Shown here: positions 26,675-38,266 of the stretch, one piece after another
Position numbering within the stretch: position 1 is the stretch's first letter
Layout of the letters: every line of letters begins with the position of its first letter
DNA from: Macrostomum lignano
Taxonomy: Eukaryota
Direction of reading: 5' to 3'
Assembly: GCA_002269645.1 (NCBI GenBank)
Contig: NIVC01000064.1
Location: forward strand, 248,001 to 312,000
Length of the DNA: 64,000 bases
The notes under the pieces: model-generated
What the model was told of the DNA's origin: nothing
Database searches by the model: none
What the model saw: the letters and a program-made list of their open reading frames with translations, nothing else
Position numbers and translations under genes: made by a program

Positions 26675-27398
26675 AAAGTCAGAAAGTCAGGGGCTACATG
26701 TAGTTTATTTAAATTTTTTACTACATTCTCTTTGGCTCCCCATGGGGGGTGTTGCTGATAGAGAAGAAGCGTCATGTCGAAGTTAACAGATTAATTTGGG
26801 AACCGCTGCGATGTCAAGGCTTTGAGGGAATGGCTATAATGCTGTAATGCTATAATGACTCTTGGGGAGAATTACTGAAATGTCAATGCTTTAAGGTTAG
26901 GGTTAGGGTTAATGTTCACAGATTTTTTAACATTTGAGATGTCAAGGCTTAATAACAAGGGATTGCTGAGGTTATTGCAATGAGACGCCAGTCGTACATA
27001 TAAGTTTATTAAAAAACTTGTACTGCATTTTTTACTATATAGTTTTTACTTTGTTTACAGAGGGGAAATGCGAAAGCAAAAGATGAGATGAGGCGTGGAA
27101 TCGGAAAAGAAATGAGGGATAAGGTAAGAGCAGAGACGAGATGAGAAATGAGATTAGAGAAGAGAGTTGAGAAGAGAACCTTGAGCGTATGAGATTGTTA
27201 TTGTAAAGTCCCAAAGGACCCGAGCGCCGGATAGAGAGGCTTCACGGGCCGCATGTGAAGTTGCCGGTCCTTAGTCCTGATGATGTGAAAGTCATGGCCG
27301 CTGTGTACACCCCGTGTGTGCGTGCCTGCTCAATGCTCACTAATGATGGTGCGAACTTAATTTTTGCGTTTATTCTATAATTTTTAACTTGTAAAACC

Positions 27399-28739
27399 AT
27401 GCTTGACAGGATTATTCTGCAAGGATTCCCTGATCTGATGCTGACTTCCCTACATGTGTCTGCTGCCACCTTGCTGCTGGTAGCCAGTGCTGCTCAGTGC
27501 TACTACAGGAGCTTCAGCTATACATACGTTGGCTGCTTCAAGGACAACACGGGAGGCGTCAGGGATATCGCTGGGCTGACTGGGATCACCCAGATGGACA
27601 CTTTCGATGTAAGTATGAATATCTAGCCTCTAGTGGTTGTAGCCACTAGGAGTTGTAGCCGAGTGGTCAGAGCGTGGGACTCACGACTTGAATGTCGGGA
27701 GTTCGATTCCCGATTTCATTGGAACATTTTGTGTCCTTGAGCAAGACACTTAGCAAGCATTGCTTCAGTTCACCCAGCTGTAAAATGGGTGCCAGCATTA
27801 GCTGGGCTAATTGAGGCTGTGAGTGGCGACCCCGCAGTCCTTGGACTGAACAGCCGTACGCAGCCTTCAGATGCGCCGCGCAATAGCTGCGGCTGAGCTG
27901 TCGGTTGCGAATCCGGCCATTATGGCAGGTGTAATCAATTGTTATTATTATAAATGTCTACAAAAACACATTGCATTGATTTTTGTCGTTCAGCTTCAGG
28001 CTTTAAACCAGATTATTATTTTTTTATAGCCGGGTGTCTACCGCTTTTAGGTGCACCCCGAGCCTGGCGAATCATTTGTGTTCATTACGATGGCGCCCAA
28101 TTTGTGCGCCAGAATCTGCTCTCTGGGCGGCTTCGCCTATTTCGGTTTGCAAGCCGGAAGCTTCTGCTTCTGCGGCTGGTCCTACGGATCGCAGGATTCG
28201 GCCCCAGAGTCTGATTGCTCAGAGGCATGCACTGGAAATGCCTCGACCATCTGCGGTGGTCCCAACCGCAACTCCGTCTACGCAATGCATTTCGGTAATA
28301 AAAGTTCATTAAAACGTCATTAAACGGGAATTGCAAGTACTACTGATCAAGAGAATTTGAGTAATCAGCGGGAATTGAGGTTGGAGATCCTAGCTGCTCT
28401 CATGAACTGCCGCCTTGAACTTTGATTAGCCAACGAACCACTGACAGAACTGAGCTGCTGCTTCTGCTCATTCCAGGCAACAGCTGCAAGAACTTCCACC
28501 TGGAGACCAGCCGACCCCAGCTGAAAGTGGAAGTCGCCACCTTCACCCAAGCCGCCTACTCTGCCGTGGCCGCCACGGAAGCCACCGACTGCATTCTGAA
28601 GTGCCACTCCGCCGGTAGAACCTGCCAGGCTGTGATCTTCAACCAGCAGGCCCGGCTGTGCTACCGGCTGAGGTTCGCTCTGGTGCCGGAGGCTCTGAAT
28701 ACCACTGCCGCTGTGGGAGATTTCTACGTGATCGAGTGA
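27399..28739 (+). CDS. Secreted WSC-domain + PAN/apple-like protein, copy B, 3 exons, ~238 aa
   Basis: Exons 27399-27608 (alternative ATG 27438), 28051-28294, 28477-28739; GT-AG, same intron positions and phases as copy A; YVGCFKD, CARICSLGGFAYFGLQ, CILKC..CQAVIF..C. Confidence 0.9.
27649..27952 (+). mobile_element. tRNA-derived SINE with CORE-like central domain, in WSC-B intron 1
   Basis: A box TAGCCGAGTGG, B box GAGTTCGATTCCC, then GTGTCCTTGAGCAAGACACTTA...CAGTTCACCCAGCTGTAAAATGGGT resembling the MIR/CORE consensus as recalled; (TTA)n tail. Confidence 0.8.
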
Positions 28740-29807
28740 GATATGAGTGACCTTTGTTAACAATCTTAATTGGCCACCTATCTGAAATAGCAAGACTGGG
28801 TCGTTCTCAAAGCTAGGTCACAACTTTTTGTTATTGAAAAAAAGTTTGTACACGGACCAACAACAGTACAAAAAATTTATTTTGACAATTTCAGTAAGAA
28901 GCTGCTACTAAAACCACAAAAAACTTAAGTATGACAATAAATCAATCTATTTGTTATTCTAGACAAAATTGTTAGACAAAGTTGAATTAATTAATTACTA
29001 AAAATCTACTAGCTTAAATAAAATAGCAATTAGTCTAAGAAAAATTCCACTTGTTAATTGAGAAAAATGAGGTTGTGTGAGATGTACAAATGCAAATGAG
29101 CATGCAGGAAACAGAAACAAACAAAAAAGTTAAATGTGTGAAAATTAATATTTCGCATAAAACGAAAAAAGACACTGCACATGCATATTTAATATGATAA
29201 GGAGACATAATGCGCACACGCACACTGAAACACCAGTACTAATGGCGCCCAAGCTTTTGATGATCAAAAGCGAGCTCTCGTCTGCTTCTCGTTGCGTCCC
29301 CAGAACCCATGCAATAATCAAACTTATGATCGAACTACGCATGGTTTCTGTCCCTCGCTTTAAATCTCTCACCTCCCCTAGTTCCATCAACCTTAGCAGC
29401 TCCTATGCAAAAAGTATCCCTCCGCATCTTATACACGCGTGGCTACTTCAGGCTGTAGCCTGACTACACTTTTATAATTGGTTGCACTATTAAGGCATCA
29501 TATTAAGGCTGCTCAAACAAGGCTGGAGCTTTTCTAGTAATTTCAGGTTTGTCCATAGACCAAAGCTCGTGATAGGAATTCTATCAACTACATCAAATAA
29601 TGTATGAACTTATAGTGTCTGTGCTGTGCATATATATGTATATATATAGTCGCACGTCCGACATGTGCTATTTCCAGTAACAAAAATAAATGTTCGGTAA
29701 ATTGTTTAAATTTTCACTCCTCCCAGAATTTGAGAACGACCCGGCTACGCAATGAGAAAATATTAAATGCAACATGTCTACTTTCTTTTATTGTATCTAA
29801 TCTGCGC

Positions 29808-30275
29808 TTATCTGATTGGTCGATAAAGGGGGTGTGGCGGATAGTTGTGAGGTCAGCTGATTGGCCAGAAAAAGGAGGTGGGGTGGATAGTTGTGAGGTC
29901 AGCTGATTGGCCAGAAAAAGGAGGTGGGGAAGAGTTGTGCGGTCAGCTGATTGGCCAGGAAAAGGGGGTGGGGCGGATAGTTGTGCGGTCAGCTGATTGG
30001 CCAGGAAAAGGGGGTGGGGCGGATAGTTGTGCGGTCAGCTGATTGGCCAGGAAAAGGGGGTGGGGCGGATAGTTGTGCGGTCAGCTGATTGGCCAGGAAA
30101 AGGGGGTGGGGCGGATAGTTGTGCGGTCAGCTGATTGGCCAGGAAAAAGGGGTGGGCGGATAGTTGTGCGGTCAGCTGATTGGCCAGGAAAAGGGGGTGG
30201 GGCGGATAGTTGTGCGGTCAGCTGATTGGCCAGGAAAAGGGGTGAGGCGGATTGCTGTGCAGCCATCTGATTAGC
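29808..30275. repeat. 46-bp minisatellite with E-box, CCAAT box and GC box per unit
   Basis: Unit GGTCAGCTGATTGGCCAGGAAAAGGGGGTGGGGCGGATAGTTGTGC, ~10 copies. Confidence 0.95.
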
Positions 30276-30808
30276 TATTAAAATTCTTCATACCTTTTTT
30301 TTTACCCTGAATAACGACTTAAACTTGAAAAGTGCCGAATAGCTTTTCCTCTTTTTTTACACGTAGTCTACAGAAAAAATTGAAAGATTTTGTTTGCAGA
30401 AATTAATCAATAACTGTTTTTACCTTTAGAACTATCGCACATAAATCAATAAAATCAATTTTCCGATCAAAAATCTAAATCATGTGGTTTCTTACTTTGT
30501 TTTATTTTTTCTCTTGTTTTCCTGTTTTTTCAGCAACTGTCTTGTGCAAATATAAAACGCATCATGCCGTTCTTGAAGCCACCGCTGAGCTGCATTCTGA
30601 TAATTGACAATGACAACACGCATCCACTCTTTGTTATTTCCTTCTGACGGCGAATTCGACTGGAGAAAGTTTTTTGCATTTCAAAACTGGCAACTCTGAA
30701 AGTAGAATGTCAGATGGCATTCTGCCTGTTTTGTAGGAGACATTTCCCATGTTTTGAAGAACTGTTATTCTCTTTGAAGTTAATAGGAATCTCTGGCTCC
30801 AAGTCCAA

Positions 30809-31205
<397 letters not shown>

Positions 31206-31454
31206 TTTAATTGGCATCAGAAATAGCCACCGTGCATTTCCCATTCAGTCTGAAACACACTAAAGTTGGTCCCAGCAACGCTACTTCTAAGCATTTTAAA
31301 AAAACTTGTATAAATGATATGATCCTAAATCGTTTTAATCTAGCACACAACTATCAATATTATACTGTAATACTGATCCCGAATAATTAATCCCAAGGAC
31401 GCAAAGTCCTTATCTTGCCCTGTTTGATGGTTTTTTAAACGCATGAACTAACTT

Positions 31455-31745
31455 TCATGCTGCTACTGAAAGTACTGCATACAGCGCCTGGTTTTTTTAA
31501 ACTCCAAGGCTATTTCCAAAAACGTTTACCCTGTACACCTGGGCTGCTACAAAGAAGCGCTCCCAGCGCCAGCCAGTGCCATTCAACTCATTTAACTTGC
31601 CCATTAAAAACTACCAGCATTGTGTTGTTGACCAGGTTATGAATTTGACTGAGGCAAAGGTGCTGAGGCACACGCATGAGACGCATGACTGGGCAGGTAA
31701 TGAGCTATCACCCCATTGCCAAGCCTGCTTGAAGGGTCAGGTGCA
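31455..31745. repeat. Dispersed repeat, unclassified (second copy 35358-35622)
   Basis: Collinear blocks CATG.TGCTACTGAAA, TGCTGAGGCACACGC.TGAGA, GAGCTA.CACCCCATTGCCAA, GGGTCAG shared by both copies. Confidence 0.7.
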
Positions 31746-31747
31746 TA

Positions 31748-32364
<617 letters not shown>

Positions 32365-32368
<4 letters not shown>

Positions 32369-33476
32369 CTAAATTTTCAACCCACAAACTCGGCTCTGCT
32401 ACCTGCTGAAGTTTTCTCTTGTGCAGCACCGTTGGGGAAGAGTCAATGACGATTGTCCCCAACAACATCCCCAACAACATCCCCAACAACTTTGACTTAC
32501 TGATTTTGCTGCAATGTGGTCCGTAGACACCCATTCCGCTAGCCCTGAAGGCCCGCAGACAGGCAGAGGCGTGGGACCCGTCAATGGACGGGTTCGGCCC
32601 GAGGTAGTGTAGCCGGTCTCTGGTAAAGAAAGGGCAGTGACAAACAAAGTGCTGAGCATCTTCATTGTCGTACTCGCAAAAAGGGCAAAGTTCGCTCTCG
32701 AGGTCGCCTCGGAGGAAGCAGTGCCTGGCGAGATAGCCGTGACCGTTAAAGGTCATGACAAGGGCTCAAATATCCTTCCGATTTTGGTTCAGAAGGACGT
32801 TTCTGAGCCTGTGAGAGGGGCACGGATCCGCGGCACGAGATTGCCGGCAGTTCTGGGTTCAGCCCAGTCATCGATCTGACGATTGATGACCCTAGAAAGG
32901 ATAGTGACCAGGGGTTCAGGACCAAGGAAAGAGCCAGAGCCGCTCCCCCTGGCGATGGTGTCTGCCAACTCGTTTCCCAAAAACATCCCTAGCAGCACCC
33001 CCAACAGGATTCCCAACAGCATCCCCAACAGCATCCCCAACAGCATCCACAACAGCTTCCACAGCAGCATCCCCAACAGCATCCCCAACAGCATCCCCAA
33101 CAGCATTCCAAAAGCATCCCCAACAGCATCCCCAACAGCATCCCAACAGCATCCCAAACAGCATCCCCAACAGCATTCCAACAGCATCCCCAACAGCATT
33201 CCAACAGCATCCCCAACAGCATTCCAACAGCATCCCCAACAGCATTCCAACAGCATCCCCAACAGCATTCCAACAGCATCCCCAACAGCATCCCCAACAG
33301 CATCCCCAACAGAATCCCAACAGCATCCCCAACAGCATTCCAACAGCATCCCCGATATGTTTACTATAGTTTGTAGCGGCTCGCCTTCGGCCTGGCGAGC
33401 GAAAAGAAAGTTCGCTTGCCAAGCCTCAAGTTGCGGCCTGGCTTCTCAACTTGAGCGTCTACTTGGGCCATAGACG
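32365..33476 (-). mobile_element. Non-LTR retrotransposon 3' fragment (RNase H end + CCHC knuckle), degenerate
   Basis: GNELADTIARGSGSGSFLGPEP (RNase H C-terminus) followed by GHGYLARH..CPFCEYDNEDAQHFVCHCP; stops and frameshifts present. Confidence 0.8.
32985..33355. repeat. ~12-bp minisatellite inside the LINE RNase H motif
   Basis: Unit CCCCAACAGCAT and variants. Confidence 0.9.
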
Positions 33477-33478
33477 TA

Positions 33479-34771
33479 CGAGAGGAAGTCAAAAAGTAAT
33501 GATAATTTTGTTCTCACGAAGTGTCAAACTTCAAATGGGAATCTACTCTTCTACATGGTACCCCTTCAGGGTCAGGCACTTCTTCATTCAGTGTTGCGGC
33601 TGTTGCCATCTCTCCAGGCCGTTCGCGTAGAACTCAGGAGGCTGTGCAGCAAGCCACTGTACAGTAGCCACTGGACTCCTTTGATTGCTTCCTTCAGCTT
33701 GGGAAACAAAAAAGTCCGGAGGAGCCAAACCAGGGCTATATGGAGGATGCTAGAGGATTTCCAGGCGGAAATCTTGCAGGGCTTCACGGCAGAGCCGAGA
33801 AGTGTGGGCTGGTGCATCGTCGTGGTGAAAGAGAATCCCACAGTGCAGCTTGTCGGGTCGCTTTTTGGCCAGTTCGGTGCGGAGCTAGCTTTCGCAGAAG
33901 CGACTCATATCAGGTGGCACTGATGGTCTTCTGGCTTTCCAAGAAGTCGACCGTCACCACTCCCTAAACATCCCAGAAGATGGTCGCCAAGACCTTCGCT
34001 GCAGACCGTTCTGCACAGAACTTCTTGAGGCCCGCAGAACCTCGTGGCAGCCCCTCCTTGGATTGGACTTTGGATTCGGGATTGTACTGAAATATCCATG
34101 TTTCATCCCCAGTCACTGAGCGCTGGTAAAAGTTTTCTGAATCAGCCTCCAAGCGGTTCAGCAGGTTGATGGCACACTCAGTGCGCTGAACCCGGTGTTC
34201 AGGCCGCAACAGCCGCGGGACTCAGCGGGCACTCAGCTTGCTCAGACCAAGACAGTCCGTCACAATGGAGTGAGCACTGCCATGAGAGATGGCCACTTGG
34301 TCAGCAATATTGTCTATGGTCACGCACCGATCCTGCTCAAGTACCTGCTGCACAGCTGCCACATTTTTCTCTGTGCGCGATGTTTTGGGCCTTCCAGACT
34401 GCTGGGCGTCTTCCACGGACTCTCGGCCTTTCTTGAAAGCCTGAATCCAGCGGTAAATGATTGGATCTGGTGGAGCAGTGGTCCCCGTAGACCTTCTTCA
34501 AAGCGTCAATGATTTCGGCTGGCTTCCAACCAAGTTTTACAAGAAAATTCACGTTAGTGCGAGCTTCGATTTTTTAATTTTCCATTGCTTAAAGGGTATA
34601 CTGTGATTAGAGCGTCACCATGCAGACATCAATCACTTTAGAAGAACAAAAACTCTGTAAAATAAAGAGCCAAAGATTTTTTTTTCAAATGAAACCATGC
34701 AGTTGCAGTTCACTACCTCTTATATTTTAGGCGTTACAACAAAATTATCATTACTTTTTGACTTCCCCTCG
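33479..34771 (-). mobile_element. Full-length defective mariner (1293 bp)
   Basis: ~30-bp TIRs CGAG(A/G)GGAAGTCAAAAAGTAATGATAATTTT, TA TSDs (33477-78, 34772-73); transposase remnants NFLVKLGW, GRP, IVTGDETW, KVLATIFWD, HPPYSPGLAP..FLFPKLK; stop at codon 4 and frameshifts. Confidence 0.93.
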
Positions 34772-35096
34772 TATATGATAATGGCCATTTAATAAGCATT
34801 CTATGGTCAGAGTGTCCGAGGCTGCATTTAATGGTCCCGAGGCGAGCGAAGCGAGTGTGGCCAAGGACATTCTAACCATAGACAGCTTAATTTAATGGCT
34901 ATTATTTTATAATAAATCAGATTGCTTATTTTGGGCCGTATGCAGAAAGCCTAGTCCAGACTAGCTTGTCCGGACTGGCTAGTTCAGTCTATGGTCTATG
35001 GTCTATGGTATAGCTAGAATTGTGGAAGTGTAGCTCGTCTAACAAATAGTAGGAAAATAAACGTCAACAAAAACATAAAAAGTAAACTTTGTTTAA

Positions 35097-35146
35097 TTCT
35101 AGCCAACGCGTTTCGTCAAACACAAGACGTCGTCAGGGCAAATTCA
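35097..35146 (-). ncRNA. Minimal type I hammerhead ribozyme (Penelope-like element terminus)
   Basis: Minus strand: GCC-CTGACGA-C-GTC ttgtgttt GAC-GAAA-CGCGT-T-GGC. Core CUGANGA/GAAA, 3-bp stem II, palindromic ACGCGT stem III, GUU cleavage triplet, stem I GCC/GGC. Confidence 0.75.
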
Positions 35147-35357
35147 ATCAACCTAAGATCACACCACCAATATATTTAAGCAAAAATCACTGTACAGTCC
35201 AGAGGCGGGTCAAAACAGTCCGGTAGAATTTAGAAAGTGCCAAGTACATAACAACGTGAGAGAGAAAAAAAATAATAATAAAATAGGCACGGCTCTGCTC
35301 ACAGTACTCTTAGCTCACGCTTGCTTGGCTTAGCTTGGCCAAAAAAACTGTAAGGCG

Positions 35358-35622
35358 TCATGTTGCTACTGAAACAACTGCTTACAGCGTTTGGTTATTT
35401 TAAACCCCATGCTTGTTTCCAAAAAAAACTTACCATTGCCCATCGAAAAACTGCCGGCATTGTGGTGCCAGCCAGTGAATTTTTATCATTCATTTTAGTC
35501 ATATTGTTGTTATGGCGACGCTGCTCAGCGCTGATGACTGCTGAGGCACACGCGTGAGATCCTTGCGCGGGGGGCACTGAGCTAACACCCCCATTGCCAA
35601 ACCTGCTGCTTGATGGGTCAGC
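35358..35622. repeat. Dispersed repeat, unclassified (copy of 31455-31745)
   Basis: See 31455-31745. Confidence 0.7.
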
Positions 35623-35784
35623 TGCTTCTTTCTCTCTCTCCCTATGCACACGCCTGTGCATGCAGATTAGATTCATATAGAAGCAGCATAGAAGAAGTCA
35701 GCCATTTTTATAAATTTAAATCGTTTGTGATGATGGGGCTCAAGGGCTCGGTCCTTTCGTGCCCCTTTCCCAGACTCGGGTTCG

Positions 35785-36553
35785 TGTACTGACCCTGGCT
35801 ACGGTCCTCCACTGACACGCGTACGACGCGGTGTCCGTCGGGACTAGGCTGCTCGAGCGTACGACGCACGACAGCCTACAGACTCGCGTACGACGCAGAG
35901 CTGCTTGGGGTGGGACCGGCGTACGACGCAGTTAATCCCTCTAAGGTGCCTAGTACAGATGCAGACCCAAATGACGTGCAAATTGGAAGGCTTACCAGCC
36001 GCGATTTCAGTCGTACAAGAAACAGCGCCGTCAGAGCAGTGGTGATCTCGATATTCTTTACTTATATATTTGTCTAGCAATTCTGCGAGGAATAGCAATT
36101 CAGCAACCAACGCTGGCACAATCGCCGAGGAGCCACGAAGACAACGAGAATGGGGTCTCACGGGGCTCTGAATAAATAGGCAGCAAACTGGGGGTTGAGG
36201 GCGCGGGATAAAGGCAGAAAAGGGGGCTTAGACATCAGCCAAGGCAACGCATGAGCTGTACCAGCCAATCGCCGGGGCGCAGCACGGCAGACTGGGACTG
36301 GCAGCCAATCACAAACAGGGGCGGGGCAGCAAAGCTAACAAAATAATGGGGCGGGGTCGCACAGGGGGGGGGGGGGTCGCACGCAGAGCATGGGGGGTTG
36401 ACTCAACAGAAAAGGTCTAGGCAGGGAGGGGAGGGGTACGCACGCGCAGAAGTGCAGGTGGGTGAGTCAGAAAATATCTAAGGAGGGGGGAGGGGGAGAG
36501 GACGGCCCACTGGCCCGGTGCAGCAACTTAGCAAAGAGCACACTGTCATAACA
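35785..36553 (-). mobile_element. Solo-LTR-like segment
   Basis: TG...CA termini with imperfect IR (TGTACTGAC / GTCATAACA), several CCAAT and GC boxes, non-coding; no TSD found. Confidence 0.4.
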
Positions 36554-36876
36554 CATTCATGACACGTTTTTTAGCAATTTTACGCTGCAATTTAATCCCC
36601 CCAGCTCTACTCTGTGCGCAGAGGCTTTCACGTACTAGAAAAAGTGTCCAAAAATGCTTGCTGTGAGTCTTATCGCAGTTCTTGGCGCAGCCTTCGCGCT
36701 GGGCGACACATCCTACTCTTATTCTTACCTGGGCTGCTTTATTGACGATGACGACCGGGACCTCCTCGGCCTGGTTGGCATCACCACGATGGGAGAGTAC
36801 AGCGTAAGTTTATTTATTGTCATTACCTGGATTAATCTGAGGCACCAGATAATCAGGAGCTGTCATATCCGCCGCC

Positions 36877-37590
36877 CTCCCAGATCCTCAGTTGCTGGTT
36901 TCCCACCGCCGCTGCTCTTCCCAGATCCTCAGTTGCTGGGTTCCCACCGCCGCTGCTCTTCCCAGATCCTCAGTTGCTGGGTTCCCACCGCCGCTGCTCT
37001 TCCCAGATCCTCAGTTGCTGGGTTCCCACCGCCGCTGCTCTTCCCAGCTCCTCAGTTGCTGGGCTCCCACCGCCGCTGCTCTTCCCAGCTCCTCAGTTGC
37101 TGGGTTCCCACCGCCGCTGCTCTTCCCAGATCCTCAGTTGCTGGGTTCCCACCGCCACTGCTCTTCCCAGCTCCTCAGTTGCTGGGTTCCCACCGCCGCT
37201 GCTCTTCCCAGATCCTCAGTTGCTGGGTTCCCACCGCCGCTGCTCTTCCCAGATCCTCAGTTGCTGGGTTCCCACCGCCGCTGCTCTTCCCAGATCCTCA
37301 GTTGCTGGGTTCCCACCGCCGCTGCTCTTCCCAGATCCTCAGTTGCTGGTTCCCACCGCCGCTGCTCTTCCCAGATCCTCAGTTGCTGGGTTCCCACCGC
37401 CGCTGCTCTTCCCAGCTCCTCAGTTGCTGGGTTCCCAACGCCGCTGCTCTTCCCAGCTCCTCAGTTGCTGGGTTCCCACCGCCGCTGCTCTTCCCAGATC
37501 CTCAGTTGCTGGGTTCCCACCGCCGCTGCTCTTCCCAGATCCTCAGTTGCTGGGTTCCCACCGCCGCCTTCCCAGATCCTCAGTTGCTGG
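36877..37590. repeat. 41-bp minisatellite in WSC-C intron 1
   Basis: Unit CCCAGATCCTCAGTTGCTGGGTTCCCACCGCCGCTGCTCTT, ~17 copies. Confidence 0.95.
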
Positions 37591-37794
37591 GCCACCACCC
37601 TCTCATAGTTTGTCTTCCATTCTCCCAGAACAACCACTGCAGTAGCAAATACTAGCAAGAGGAGCGATAAACAGCCACTGCCCCGCACCACACAAGAGCG
37701 CTGATGAGCATCCCTAGCTTATAATTTGATGGTCGTAGAACGTATAAAAACCAAATTACCAATAAGAAACAAGAAAATATTAGCATTTATCAAT

Positions 37795-38215
37795 AGGAGT
37801 TATCATATAAGTTATCATTAGAGTTGTCATTAGAGATTATTAGGAGTTATCATTAGGAGTTATCATTAGGAGTTACCATTAGAGTTATCATTAGGAGTTA
37901 TCATTAGGAGTTACCATTAGATTTATCATTAGGAGTTACCATTAGAGTTATCATTAGGAGTTATCATTAGGAGTCATCATTAGGAGTTACCATTAGAGTT
38001 ATCATTAGAAGTTACCATTAGGAGTTATCATTAGGAGTTATCATTAGAGTCATCATTAGCAGTCATCATTAAAGTTATCATTAGGAGTCATCATTAGGAG
38101 TTACCATTAGAGTTATCATTAGGAGTTACCATTAGGAGTTATCATTAGGAGTTATCATTAGAGTCATCATTAGCAGTCATCATTAAAGTTACCATATCAT
38201 TGGGAGTCATCATCA
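37795..38215. repeat. 13-bp minisatellite in WSC-C intron 1
   Basis: Unit GGAGTTATCATTA. Confidence 0.9.
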
Positions 38216-38266
38216 CGAGTCAATAAGAATCACCGCACTTATGTAATTATGGATTTTTGCTAATGA

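Noticed and set aside
26891-26911. Interstitial telomere (TTAGGG)n
   Set aside because: Only about three units; such tracts are common inside invertebrate TEs.
27277-27290. Second hammerhead (CTGATGA-TGT-GAAA)
   Set aside because: No room for stem II and no stem III/stem I pairing.
27649-27720. tRNA gene
   Set aside because: A/B boxes are present but there is no closing acceptor stem and it continues into a SINE body; the same applies to 26605-26674.
35819-35929. CRISPR-like repeat-spacer pattern
   Set aside because: The repeat is only 11 bp with irregular 18-27-bp spacers, the context is eukaryotic and there are no cas genes; kept only as a motif cluster.
36804-37655. Read-through of WSC-C exon 1 into a 333-aa ORF
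   Set aside because: A GTAAGT donor at 36804 matches the paralog intron position; the rest is the 41-bp array.
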